A DNA stretch of 64,000 nt from Ignavibacteriota bacterium (GTDB taxonomy: Bacteria; Bacteroidota; Ignavibacteria; UBA10030; UBA6906), in the NCBI GenBank assembly GCA_963801355.1, contig CAWDEM010000008.1, positions 1,184,001 to 1,248,000 on the forward strand, given 5' to 3'. The notes beneath the pieces are model-generated. The model searched no databases and had not been told where the DNA came from. It saw nothing but the letters and a program-made list of their open reading frames with translations. The position numbers and the translations under genes were made by a program. Shown here one piece after another: positions 29,565 through 39,097 of this stretch; within the stretch, counting starts at the first letter, position 1; each line of letters starts with the position of its first letter.

Positions 29565-29977
29565 CCTGCCGGAAGTTCCGCAAGGAGTTGCACCACCTGC
29601 TTGACATCAGAGAGGCTGAACATTTGACCAACGACATGACCGAGCACCTTAAGTCGTGCGAAAGTTGCCGGACGTTTGCTCAGGCAATGAAGAAGCTCGA
29701 TTTCGATCTGCGGCATCTTCCTGATATTGAGGTCCCGGCGGACCTGGAAGCCACACTGCAGGCCATCCCACGAGTCTGCGAGAAAGAGAACCTGCTCCAC
29801 CCGGTGCGTGATGACCTGCGGCGCATGGCCACCTATCTCGTCCCTGGAGCCGCCCTGGCAATTGTCGCTTTCACTTTGCTGCCGGAAGCCCATGTCATTT
29901 TCTCTTCAGCCATCGCAGCATTGGCATTCGTCGCCATTGTATTGCAGTACAAACGTTGGTCATCCAGAACCTCCTGA
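29561..29977 (+). CDS. Zinc-binding (ZAS/zf-HC2) anti-sigma factor with two TM helices
   Basis: MTC..HLKSCESC motif, 4-bp overlap with the sigma gene and hydrophobic C-terminal helices. Confidence 0.88.
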   Translation: MTCRKFRKELHHLLDIREAEHLTNDMTEHLKSCESCRTFAQAMKKLDFDLRHLPDIEVPADLEATLQAIPRVCEKENLLHPVRDDLRRMATYLVPGAALAIVAFTLLPEAHVIFSSAIAALAFVAIVLQYKRWSSRTS

Positions 29978-29998
29978 ACCTACATCCCGCAGACCACC

Positions 29999-30199
29999 AT
30001 GCCCGCACCCACAGTTGATTTGTGCACTCTGACCGACTTCGCGCTAGGCCACCTTTCCACCGAAGAATCCCTCAGGATTATCGACGAGCTGGAACGGAAC
30101 CCGAAAGCATCCAGAGACCTTGAGTTCATTCTCAAGCTGATTGCCCATCTCGAAAACGAGGAGAAGGAATCCGCCTCGGCCCGCGAACCGGAGGAGTAA
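29999..30199 (+). CDS. Small protein resembling an anti-sigma N-terminal helical domain without Zn ligands
   Basis: LTDFALGHLSTEE..I..EL pattern; no HxxxCxxC. Confidence 0.5.
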   Translation: MPAPTVDLCTLTDFALGHLSTEESLRIIDELERNPKASRDLEFILKLIAHLENEEKESASAREPEE

Positions 30200-30214
30200 G
30201 ACCCGCCCCGGATC

Positions 30215-31147
30215 ATGCCAACAGCACTCAAACTCATCGGCACACATCCGGCCATTCGAGCGATCCGTCGAACCTTGCCCGCGCTGGCCAACTCCGACAC
30301 CCACCTCCTGATCATTGGCGAGCCCGGAGTCGGCAGGACTCTCGTCGGCCGTATCCTGCACTCTCTCGGTCCGCAGCGGAACCAACAACTCCGTTCTCTG
30401 AACCTCGCTCTCCTTACCGAACGCGAGCAGCGGATCGCACTCTTTGGTCTGGAGCCTCCGGAGGCAAGCATCGGACTTCAGGGCATCATCGAACTCCCAA
30501 CGACCTGTCTTCTGAGGAACATCGAACATGCACTTGCCGCATATCCAAGGCGACTCGCTGAGAGTGCTGGCGCAGAGGGAGTTCCGGCGCACTCCGCATG
30601 GTCCTCTTCGGACCTGAGGGCCGGATAATCTTTACCGTTTCTGTATCCGACTTCCGGCGGCCTCACGACTCCCGGCTTGGCATTTCCCGTTCCGCCACTT
30701 CCTCCGTCGGCTCCCGAAGTTCACCATACCCCCTCTCCGGGAGACGAACGCGAGGATATCCCGCTCCTGGCCGCCTACTATCGCAAGCACACGCTGCGCA
30801 TGTCTCACCCCGCACTTCCGAAGGATGACACGTTGCTTGCGACGGACTTCATCAGTGCATACTCGTGGCCCGGAAACGTCACCGAGTTGAAGGCCTGCCT
30901 CCGCGCCGCGATCCCGCATTCGCACACGGATATCCTCTTCCAGAAAGAACGCATGCAGTTTGAAACAATGATGATGATGCTCGATGAGGATGGGGATTTC
31001 TCCCTCCGCCACTCCATCGCACTGATTGAGAGGCATATTTTGCGACGGGTTCTCTCAAAGTGCGATAACAATCAGCGCAGTGCTGCCCGCGTACTGGGGC
31101 TTTCCGATACGGCCCTGCGCTACCGGATTCCGGCGGTTTCCCCATGA
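30215..31147 (+). pseudogene. Degenerate sigma54-activator-like AAA protein with Fis-type HTH, several frameshifts
   Basis: LIGTHPAI, LLIIGEPGVGRT, LRVLAQREFRR (alternate frame), EREDIPLLA, YSWPGNVTELK, ERHIL..NQRSAARVLGLS. Pieces lie in different frames between about 30530 and 30750. Confidence 0.75.
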
Positions 31148-31185
31148 ACGAAATCGGGACAGCGTCTAATGTCCTGTTTTCCGTG

Positions 31186-33570
31186 TCATCTCAGCAACAA
31201 AAACGTGCGCGTCTGAACGTAATCTCGTGCTCCGTTCCCGGTGTCACGCCCAGCGGCGGAGTCCAGAGGGCGGGCCTGCATTCTGTAGAAGTAAACGCCG
31301 CTCGACAATTGTGATGCATCGAACCTCACTTCGTGAGATCCGGCATTTCTCCTCTCGTTCACCAACACCGACACTTCGCGACCCAGTACGTCGTACACAC
31401 TCAGTCTTACTTCCGACAACGTTGGTAGCTCGTATCTGATGGTCGTGCCGGGGTTGAAGGGGTTGGGGTAATTCTGCGCGAGGCAAAACTTCCGGGGAGA
31501 TTCAGCCGGCCGCATGCCGACGGAGGTCACCATCTCCGATAGCGGCCGCATCCATACTCCGTGGCCATATGTTCCCGCTAAGAGATTCTTCCCTGAGGGG
31601 CTTGACCCGCCCGGACTCACCGCAAGGGATTTGATGCTCACGCCAGTCAGCCCCGAACTGACGTTGGTCCAGTTGCTCCCGTTGTTCGTGGAGAGAAACA
31701 CGCCGCTGCCGGTGCCGGCGACGACACTCGTGTCTCCTGGCCCTTTCGGGCTCGCAAGAATGCAATTGACATTCGGATTGGTCAAGCCTTCGTTGATTTG
31801 AAACCAATGCGATCCGTTGTCGGTGGAACGGAAGACGCCCGAACCGGCAGTGGCCACGAATATGTTAGAACCACCGGCACCATTCGATCCAATGGCCAGA
31901 CCACGTACTCGCGTGTTGTACAGACCTTCGTTGACCTCGGTCCAGAGTGCACCGTTGTTCGTGGAGCGGAAGACCCCTCCACCATAGGTGCCCGTAAAGA
32001 GACTTGTCGCCCCTCCGCCCTCGCTGTTCACTGCAATGCACTCCACGGTCTTATTGGTGAGGCCCACGTTGGCCTCGGCCCAGCTCATTCCGTGGTCGGT
32101 GGAACGAAAAACTCCCCCGCTCATAGTGCCTGCAAAAACGGTCGGCGTCCCCGAGCCGCTTGTACTAACGGCAAGGCTACTGAGCGTCACATCTGACAGA
32201 CCCGAGTCGGACATTGTCCAGCTCGTTCCCTTGTCGGTGGACCTGAAGACCCCCAGTCCGAGCGCGGCGACAAAGAGATTGGCCCCGCCGGTCGCAGTCG
32301 AACAAAAGGCAACTGCGTAGACATAGTTCCCCGTAATCCCCCAGTCTCGAGACCAGCTTCCCCCGTTGTCTGTGGAACAGTAAGCACCACTTGGACCGGT
32401 CCCGGCGAAGAGCTTAGTTTGGCCTGAACCCGCCGGAACGACAGCTAGGGAGAGAATATTCGTGTTCGCCAAACCCTCGTTGACCTGGGTCCAGGATGCC
32501 GCGGTGTTGGTGGAGCGAAAGACTCCCCCGCCTACTGTGCCGGCGAAGAGACACGGTATGCCTCCCCCCGGCGGAGGCGTGCCGTCAGTGACGGCCGCAA
32601 GCGACCGGAAATTCCAATTGGCCAGGCCTGAGTCGGCAATGGTCCAGCTTGTCCCGTGGTTTGTAGATAGCCTGAGCCCGGCGGTGGTCCCGGCGAAGAG
32701 ATATGTTTTGCCCGCGCCATCGGTGCAAGCCGTTAGACAATAGGAGCGATAGACCTGGTACAGACCTCCGGTACCGGACGGAGCCCAGGTCGCACCGAAG
32801 TCGGTGGAACGAAACACGCCTCCTGCCCATGTTCCGACAAAGATGTTCCTCCTCTTCGCCCCCCCTGAGTCTGGCACTTCAGATGTCGAAGCGAAACATA
32901 CGGCATCCAGGTTTGTCAGCCCCGTGTTCATTGGCGTCCAGCTCGAGCCGTAGTCTGTGGAGCGGAAGACTCCTTCTCCCCACGTGCCTGCAAAGAGATA
33001 TGTCTTGACTGTGCCTGACGGATCAGAACTGTCGGCAAAAGCATCAATGCGAGAGAGTTCCTTGCTCCCCATGGTTGTGTCAACCACGCTCCAACTTGTT
33101 CCGTTGTCCGTCGACAGAGAGACTCCCCTCGTCGTCCCGGCGAATAGATACGTCTCTCCGGGGGCCGCGCCGGGGCCCATGGCAAGCGACTTCACTTCCA
33201 GGTTCGAGGCGCCCGATCCGGCTTGAGCCCAGGTTGCGCCGTGGTCAGTGGAAAGGAACACGCCGCGCGGAAACGTGCCGGCGAAGAGTCGTGTAAGCCC
33301 GGGACCTGGCAGCACGGCAAAGCAGCGGATGTCCATGACACCCGGGGCAGGGTAAACGCGAGTCCAGCGTGTTCCGTCGTTGGTCGATCGGAAGAGGCTT
33401 CCCTGTTGCGTTCCGGCAATTAGATACCTTCCTCCACTTCCATCGGAAGTCGTGGCCAGACACTCGATGTCGCCGGCGTATGGTCCGTTGGCCTGCACCC
33501 ATTGTGCGTCGGCAACTTGTGTGGAGAGCAGCGCGACTGTGAAAACGCAGATGAGCGTGGGCAGCCTCAT
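31186..33570 (-). CDS. BNR/Asp-box beta-propeller protein with T9SS CTD
   Basis: Signal peptide, repeated LFAGTxxxGVFRSTDxGxxW..GLTN units, CTD, and GGAGG before the ATG. Confidence 0.9.
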   Translation of the reverse strand: MRLPTLICVFTVALLSTQVADAQWVQANGPYAGDIECLATTSDGSGGRYLIAGTQQGSLFRSTNDGTRWTRVYPAPGVMDIRCFAVLPGPGLTRLFAGTFPRGVFLSTDHGATWAQAGSGASNLEVKSLAMGPGAAPGETYLFAGTTRGVSLSTDNGTSWSVVDTTMGSKELSRIDAFADSSDPSGTVKTYLFAGTWGEGVFRSTDYGSSWTPMNTGLTNLDAVCFASTSEVPDSGGAKRRNIFVGTWAGGVFRSTDFGATWAPSGTGGLYQVYRSYCLTACTDGAGKTYLFAGTTAGLRLSTNHGTSWTIADSGLANWNFRSLAAVTDGTPPPGGGIPCLFAGTVGGGVFRSTNTAASWTQVNEGLANTNILSLAVVPAGSGQTKLFAGTGPSGAYCSTDNGGSWSRDWGITGNYVYAVAFCSTATGGANLFVAALGLGVFRSTDKGTSWTMSDSGLSDVTLSSLAVSTSGSGTPTVFAGTMSGGVFRSTDHGMSWAEANVGLTNKTVECIAVNSEGGGATSLFTGTYGGGVFRSTNNGALWTEVNEGLYNTRVRGLAIGSNGAGGSNIFVATAGSGVFRSTDNGSHWFQINEGLTNPNVNCILASPKGPGDTSVVAGTGSGVFLSTNNGSNWTNVSSGLTGVSIKSLAVSPGGSSPSGKNLLAGTYGHGVWMRPLSEMVTSVGMRPAESPRKFCLAQNYPNPFNPGTTIRYELPTLSEVRLSVYDVLGREVSVLVNERRNAGSHEVRFDASQLSSGVYFYRMQARPLDSAAGRDTGNGARDYVQTRTFLLLR

Positions 33571-33854
33571 TTCACACCTCCGAGAGGAATGGGGTTAGGG
33601 CAAATGGTTTGAACCCGCTATTGTGATGGTCTGGAGCAAGGTACATAACGCCCAAGCACCTGGCAATCACGCAAACACGTTATTTTCTGGTGGCCGACGT
33701 ATTTTTCCTGCAACTTCGTCAAAAATGTCGCAGCCACATTTTTGGACTGAAAGTCTTCGAATCCAGCGCGTATTCGCCAGTTCCGGATAATTCCAGGCCC
33801 GATTTCGCCAAACTGCGACAAAAAAAAATGCTGTTCACGGGACCACTCTGATGC

Positions 33855-33882
33855 TATATTTGTCCCCGTTCAGAAAAGGAGG
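33855..33882 (+). promoter_or_regulatory. -7 box TATATTTG and AGGAGG ribosome binding site
   Basis: TAnnTTTG match at 33855-33862; AGGAGG 6 bp before ATG 33889. Confidence 0.6.
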
Positions 33883-33888
33883 ACTACA

Positions 33889-34881
33889 ATGGCATGGATC
33901 GAGAGTCACCAAGGGCTTCTTCACCACCCCAAGACGCGCAGACTGACGATACTCATGGACTGGTCTCAGTGGGAGACCGTCGGACGGCTCCAGAGCTTCT
34001 GGTGGTGGTGCATGGAATATGCCGAAGACGGAGACCTCCGCAGTTTCGAGATCTCAGAACTCGGCGAGGCAGCCGGTGTACCTGCGGAGCTGTCTCAACA
34101 GTTTGTGGATGCGATGAAGGCAACAGACTGGCTGGATACATCGCCGTACCTTCGCGTGCACAACTGGTGGCGGTACGCGGGACCCTTTCTCCGTTCCAGG
34201 CACAGGCAACAACCAGCAGTGTGGAAGCGAGTGAAACAGCTTTACAAAGATGTTGGCAACACAAACGACGCGACTTCCCGTGCACCGGGCAAAACTCGCC
34301 GCAAGCCAAAGACCAAGCAGAGTCAGAGGAAAACTAAACCCCGCCGCACCGTGACACCTAACCAAACCAAACCTGACCTAACCAGGTCTGACCATATCCA
34401 AAAAAACCATCATCAACATCAACAGCATGGTGTTGATGATGTTTCGCCGCAATTGCATTTCGCAAACCCGGGCCGGCACCAGCAACAGTCCTCAACCAAT
34501 CACCCGACTGCAGACGGACCTGTGGCTGACCATGCCGGCTCGGGAAGTGTCGCCCGCTCTGGTGAATCCACTCGCCGGGAAGATGTTATCCTGAAGACGC
34601 CCGAGCACGAACTGGAGCGGATCATTAGCGACCGCATCAGCCGCAACACGATGCTGTCGCGTCTGGATCTGCTAAACATGCAAACGCTCAAGAACAAGCA
34701 TGGGTCGAAGTTTGATGATGCCTGCAATATGCTCCACGGTGGAGTAACAAACCCACTGGCCTACCTCCGTGCAATATTGGAACCCGAATCCACCACGGAA
34801 TTACTGGCTGCGAAGCTACGGCAGTTCGTCCTCGCGCAAGACAACTCTCCGTATCCGGCAATGGAGGGCACCTATGGATGA
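33889..34881 (+). CDS. Phage-type replication initiator/replisome organizer-like protein
   Basis: N-terminus MAWIESHQGLLHHPKTRRL..GRL..FWWWC.EYAEDGDL..WLD..VHNW resembles phage replication protein N-termini. It is followed by a PNQTKPDLT low-complexity linker and a C-terminal NPLAYLRAIL helix motif. Confidence 0.68.
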   Translation: MAWIESHQGLLHHPKTRRLTILMDWSQWETVGRLQSFWWWCMEYAEDGDLRSFEISELGEAAGVPAELSQQFVDAMKATDWLDTSPYLRVHNWWRYAGPFLRSRHRQQPAVWKRVKQLYKDVGNTNDATSRAPGKTRRKPKTKQSQRKTKPRRTVTPNQTKPDLTRSDHIQKNHHQHQQHGVDDVSPQLHFANPGRHQQQSSTNHPTADGPVADHAGSGSVARSGESTRREDVILKTPEHELERIISDRISRNTMLSRLDLLNMQTLKNKHGSKFDDACNMLHGGVTNPLAYLRAILEPESTTELLAAKLRQFVLAQDNSPYPAMEGTYG

Positions 34882-35293
34882 ATTCAGCGCATTCGCAGCG
34901 CACTTCCAGGGGCTCTGCCATGCCTTTCGTGAACCGGTAAACAGCGACACGCTGAACCAGTATTACGACGCATTCAAGGATCTGACCGACGCACAGGTAC
35001 ATCAACTTTTCACCTGGGCCATCCAGAACGTTGAGACCTCATTTCCGAAAATCGCAACGCTCAAACGCTACGCCACGGCGCAGGATTGGTACAGGCGGCG
35101 CCGAGTGGCCTCAGCGTGCGACCAAATCATCGTGGTCGTCTGCCCGGAGTGCCGCGGCAGTTTTGCCGTCAAGCGCACTGAACTCGAACGGCACGCCCGG
35201 GAGGGAAGATCGTTTATCTGCGTGAATGCCAAGTACTGGAAATGTCCGACTGTCTTTTCCGCACAAACCATTCTCGAGAACGAATCGCCATGA
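34874..35293 (+). CDS. Putative helicase loader/inhibitor-like protein with C-terminal Zn ribbon
   Basis: GGAGG before ATG 34874, overlapping the initiator stop. YYDAFKDL..FPKIATLK resembles G39P/lambda-P-like loaders; CPEC..CxxxxxxxC. Confidence 0.55.
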   Translation: MDEFSAFAAHFQGLCHAFREPVNSDTLNQYYDAFKDLTDAQVHQLFTWAIQNVETSFPKIATLKRYATAQDWYRRRRVASACDQIIVVVCPECRGSFAVKRTELERHAREGRSFICVNAKYWKCPTVFSAQTILENESP

Positions 35294-35382
35294 GATGCCC
35301 ACCTTCGCTTCCCGGGATGCCGAACCTTCACCGCTGGCGCGTGATGCAGCGCGACGCGATGATCATAGCGCGATTCGCAATT

Positions 35383-35997
35383 ATGACCCAGGTGCACGCG
35401 ATCGCACTCCTGCTCCTTGTCGCACAAGGTGTGCGAGCTCAGCCGCCGCTCCAGGATTCCCTGGAACTGAAACTCCTTGAGTGCGACATCGAACAGGCAC
35501 GCCAGAAGGCAACGCAGAGCGATTTCTGGCACCGCCTGATTCCCCGCATCAGCCTGACCGCAAGTCTCGGCCTCAGGGACGTCCTGTTTCTCGATGGCGG
35601 CTCGGGGCTTCCGTATATGCTTCCCAGAGACGCGTACCGTCTTACGGTGACGCTTTCTCTCTCGGATATGCTTGACGGTTCGCAACATGGTGTGGACCTG
35701 ATTCAGATTCGGCGGCTCCGGGTCCAGTATGCCAGACTCATTGACCGGCAACAGCGCGACAGTCAAATCCTCAGGAAGAAACTCCTGACGCTGGACGAGG
35801 AAAGCCTGCACCTGCGCACAAGGGTCGGGTTGACCGAGGATGTATTGCGATTCAGGCAATTGCTCTTCGAACAGGGGAAGATTCACTACGACGAATTGAT
35901 CCGCGCGAAGCTCGACCTGCTCGAGGCCCGGGAGTCACTCAACCGACTGGGCGTGCAGCAGCTGGAGCTTCAGTTGCGGAACGGGAGAACGCAATGA
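35383..35997 (+). CDS. Half-size TolC/outer membrane efflux-like protein
   Basis: Signal peptide ending VRA-Q; LIPRISLTASL and YRLTVTLSL strands; LFEQGKIHYDELIRAKLDLLEA matches the OEP helix motif. Only about 204 aa. Confidence 0.62.
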   Translation: MTQVHAIALLLLVAQGVRAQPPLQDSLELKLLECDIEQARQKATQSDFWHRLIPRISLTASLGLRDVLFLDGGSGLPYMLPRDAYRLTVTLSLSDMLDGSQHGVDLIQIRRLRVQYARLIDRQQRDSQILRKKLLTLDEESLHLRTRVGLTEDVLRFRQLLFEQGKIHYDELIRAKLDLLEARESLNRLGVQQLELQLRNGRTQ

Positions 35998-36905
35998 TCA
36001 GAGGCGCCGTTGAAATATTCGGGGAAATTCCGGCTGTTTATCTCAACCCCTTTCTCGTAGCCGAGTCACAGGAAGAGGCAATGCGCGGATTCATCGTTGT
36101 TGCTTACCTCCCGGAGGAAGATCTGAAGCGCTACGACCTCCTCTTCCTCCGGGGTCCGGAAGTGTACGAATGCATCTCGCTTGATGAAGTCCGCCGTGCG
36201 CGAATCAACATGGATGCGGCCCACGGCCGGTTCAAGAGCTATATCAAACAGGGGCACACACTCATATATCTTTTCGAGGCCGGCGAATCCCTCACGCAGC
36301 ACTTCATATCCACCGTGTACACTGAACCGATCATCAAAGTAAAAGTCGAAACCCTTTCGAAGCAGCAGATTCAACGCCTCCTCCGTTCTGCCGGCTGCGC
36401 CCGCCCCCTGGCTGAGCGGATCGACTTCTCCAGGAAACTCCCGTCGGTTGAGATCAGGGAAATCGACCCGCTCTCCCCCGGGCTCGAATTCCATATCGGC
36501 TTCAAGCAAGGGGGATTCTTCCTGTACGACCTGGCTGACATGGCGGTTCGTCCGGCGGCAACAGCTCCCGTGTCACAAGCCGTGCAGACGGAACTGGCAT
36601 TCGAGCCGATCGTTGCTGCACGTACGTTTCAAGCGGTATGCACGGATGTGGCGCAGCTGACAAACGGGGTGACCTCCCGGGAAGGCGTTCAGGAGCCTCT
36701 TCCCGGGGCAGATCGGGAACCTGTTGATGAAGCGGATCAGGAGAGAGGCCGGTGTGCCGGCAGGAATCGCGATCGGTTAAGCCCCGATCGATTGCGCAGG
36801 AGGCCGGACGGGAAGAAGAGGTCTCAGAAGGCCACCCGGGCACATCAGCCGGATGTACAAGCGGCAGGTCTCCAACCGGATGCAGAGCGGGAGGTCTTCG
36901 ATTGA
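35994..36905 (+). CDS. Hypothetical protein, N-terminus possibly PATAN/DUF4388-like; may continue into 36752-37327 through a frameshift
   Basis: 4-bp overlap with the upstream gene; globular N-terminus then a low-complexity tail. Confidence 0.6.
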   Translation: MIRGAVEIFGEIPAVYLNPFLVAESQEEAMRGFIVVAYLPEEDLKRYDLLFLRGPEVYECISLDEVRRARINMDAAHGRFKSYIKQGHTLIYLFEAGESLTQHFISTVYTEPIIKVKVETLSKQQIQRLLRSAGCARPLAERIDFSRKLPSVEIREIDPLSPGLEFHIGFKQGGFFLYDLADMAVRPAATAPVSQAVQTELAFEPIVAARTFQAVCTDVAQLTNGVTSREGVQEPLPGADREPVDEADQERGRCAGRNRDRLSPDRLRRRPDGKKRSQKATRAHQPDVQAAGLQPDAEREVFD

Positions 36906-37327
36906 AGGCGTCATCGGCAGATCCCCAACAGGAAGCGCTGGCAGAGACTCAGGAGCATTTGTCTGGAGACTTGCATGTGAATGAAGAGGAGTTCGTGCGG
37001 GTCCTTGACCGCCTGTACCGCTCCTTCCGGCAACACGCATACGGATGCCTTGGCAGGAAATCCGAAAGCATCATTGCGAAGTCCGAACGCCGGCTGCAGC
37101 TTCTCAATCCGGAGTTCTCAACAGGCTCTCTTGATGAGTCGACTGCACCTCTCGTGCTGGATCTCATCGATGACGTCATCAAACACGCGCCGTGGCTGAG
37201 ACGATCGAAGCTTCGAGCTGCCGCGCTCACACTCGTGGCCGATCTTTTCACGAAACAGTACGAACTCCTTGAGCGACACAGAGCCGTAGACAAGGTGGAA
37301 CAGATTTACTACCGGATGAAACAATGA
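36752..37327 (+). CDS. Hypothetical helical domain (separate gene or C-terminus of the previous gene)
   Basis: Protein-like helical sequence from EEFVRVLDRLY to VEQIYYRMKQ; start uncertain. Confidence 0.55.
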   Translation: MCRQESRSVKPRSIAQEAGREEEVSEGHPGTSAGCTSGRSPTGCRAGGLRLKASSADPQQEALAETQEHLSGDLHVNEEEFVRVLDRLYRSFRQHAYGCLGRKSESIIAKSERRLQLLNPEFSTGSLDESTAPLVLDLIDDVIKHAPWLRRSKLRAAALTLVADLFTKQYELLERHRAVDKVEQIYYRMKQ

Positions 37328-37430
37328 AGGCATGGGGCGTTGGGCGCTGGGCACTGGGGGCCGGGATGTTGTGCAACAGCATCTACTTGTTTCCTCGTGC
37401 CCAGCGCCTGACGCCCGGTCCCTAAATGCA

Positions 37431-39086
37431 ATGACCGCTCCCACGCATATAGCATTTGCCGAACTTCTCTATCTGCTCATACTGACGACGACAGGCGTCG
37501 CACTCAGCGTCCCCAATGCCCTTCTGATTGCCGTGTCGTCCGTCCTCCCCGATATCGATACAGGCGCGAGCAGAATCGGCAGGTTCCTCCCGTTTGTCTC
37601 TTTCACACTGGAGCGCCGGTTCGGGCACCGGACATTTACGCACTCCTTCGCATGCGTGTTCCTTCTCTCGATATTCCTGAGCCCCCTCTGCCTGATCGGG
37701 AGGGACATCTACACCTGCATTGTGATGGGCTATCTTTCGCATCCGCTGCTGGACACGGGTACCGTGAACGGCACAAAACTCTTCTATCCGTTCTCGGGAG
37801 TGAGATGCGTCTTTCCGCTGGAGGCGTCCCGTCCGCAGCGCTATCGCATTCAGACGGGATCCCGCAATGAAAAAGTGCTGGGTATCATTTTCTTCGTCTG
37901 CTGCATTCCGACATTTTACGTTGCCTCCCAGGGATACGAACGATTTATCCGCGTGACGCAGCGAAGCATCGAGGCCGCCGTCCGCGACTACGAACAGTTC
38001 TCGCGGGACCACTTTGTGATGGCCACCTTCGATTCATACGACATGTTGACGAAGCAGACGTTCAACGGATCATACGAGATCGTCGGCGCTATTAACCCGC
38101 ATACGCTGGTCTTCAAAACATCCGACGGACGCCTGCACACCATCGGCAAAAGCTTCGAAGCTGATTATGTAGCCGAATCCATCGTGTGCCAGAAAGCCCG
38201 CCCGGCATTTGCATCCGTCCGCACAGTGGATATGAGCAATCAGCTCCTGGCGCAGTTGACCGCGCTCGTAGATACATCCGTCGAAAACTACTTCTTCGGG
38301 GATATCACCACGATTGACAAGGTCTCTCTGCCCGAGAATATTCACCTCTTCAGTCCGGTCACCGGATCGGGCGGCGTGATCAAACTGAATTTCGCCACAC
38401 CGAATGACATCAGAGAGTACAACCTGGAGCGTGTATTTGTTACCAAGGGGATACTCACCGTTAAGTCGATATCCCCTGCCCCCGCGCCCGGGGATTCTTC
38501 ATCCCCGGGAGGCTCTCCGCCGAAGTTCGACAGCTACTCGCAGCTCTCGTATCTCATCGAACCCAGGGATTCCGTGGTCCTCATCAAACACAAGGGGGAC
38601 ACGATCAGGCAGGGGGAAATCCTTGCAACAAAGACGACGATCTCATTTTACGAGGAGGAGCTGACAGTAAACGAAGAAAAGCGTGATGCGCAGATAAGCC
38701 AACAAACCGCCTCCCTGGAAGACTTCGACCGGAGGATAGCCGCCGCCGAGCTGGCCGTCGCACTTGACTCAGCGGACTACCTGCACGCGCGCACACTTCT
38801 GAAGGGCGGATTTCTATCCCCGGGTCAGATCTTCTCCTATGAGCTGAAGTTGCGTAAGGAGAGAGCTGCATTGCGCAAACTTCAATCGGCAAAACGCGCG
38901 CTGGCCAGGCAAATGGCACTTGATATCGCCCGTTTTCACCTGCGCGAGTCTCAGCTGCGTGAGAAAGCAAGAGGCGCCCGGCTGCAGTCTGAAATACGCT
39001 CTCCTGTGGGCGGCGTCCTGCTCGAGGTGCGCCAAATGCCGCAGGACAACAAGACCCGGCTCGTGTTTATCGTAAAACGGCATTGA
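37431..39086 (+). CDS. YdjM-like inner-membrane metal-dependent hydrolase fused to an HlyD-like lipoyl/hairpin module
   Basis: TH, LPDID, GHRTFTHS and SHPLLD motifs with TM helices; C-terminal KGDTIRQGEILA, coiled coil, ARTLLKGGFLS and EIRSPVGGVL. Confidence 0.8.
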   Translation: MTAPTHIAFAELLYLLILTTTGVALSVPNALLIAVSSVLPDIDTGASRIGRFLPFVSFTLERRFGHRTFTHSFACVFLLSIFLSPLCLIGRDIYTCIVMGYLSHPLLDTGTVNGTKLFYPFSGVRCVFPLEASRPQRYRIQTGSRNEKVLGIIFFVCCIPTFYVASQGYERFIRVTQRSIEAAVRDYEQFSRDHFVMATFDSYDMLTKQTFNGSYEIVGAINPHTLVFKTSDGRLHTIGKSFEADYVAESIVCQKARPAFASVRTVDMSNQLLAQLTALVDTSVENYFFGDITTIDKVSLPENIHLFSPVTGSGGVIKLNFATPNDIREYNLERVFVTKGILTVKSISPAPAPGDSSSPGGSPPKFDSYSQLSYLIEPRDSVVLIKHKGDTIRQGEILATKTTISFYEEELTVNEEKRDAQISQQTASLEDFDRRIAAAELAVALDSADYLHARTLLKGGFLSPGQIFSYELKLRKERAALRKLQSAKRALARQMALDIARFHLRESQLREKARGARLQSEIRSPVGGVLLEVRQMPQDNKTRLVFIVKRH

Positions 39087-39097
39087 CGGCATCTCCC

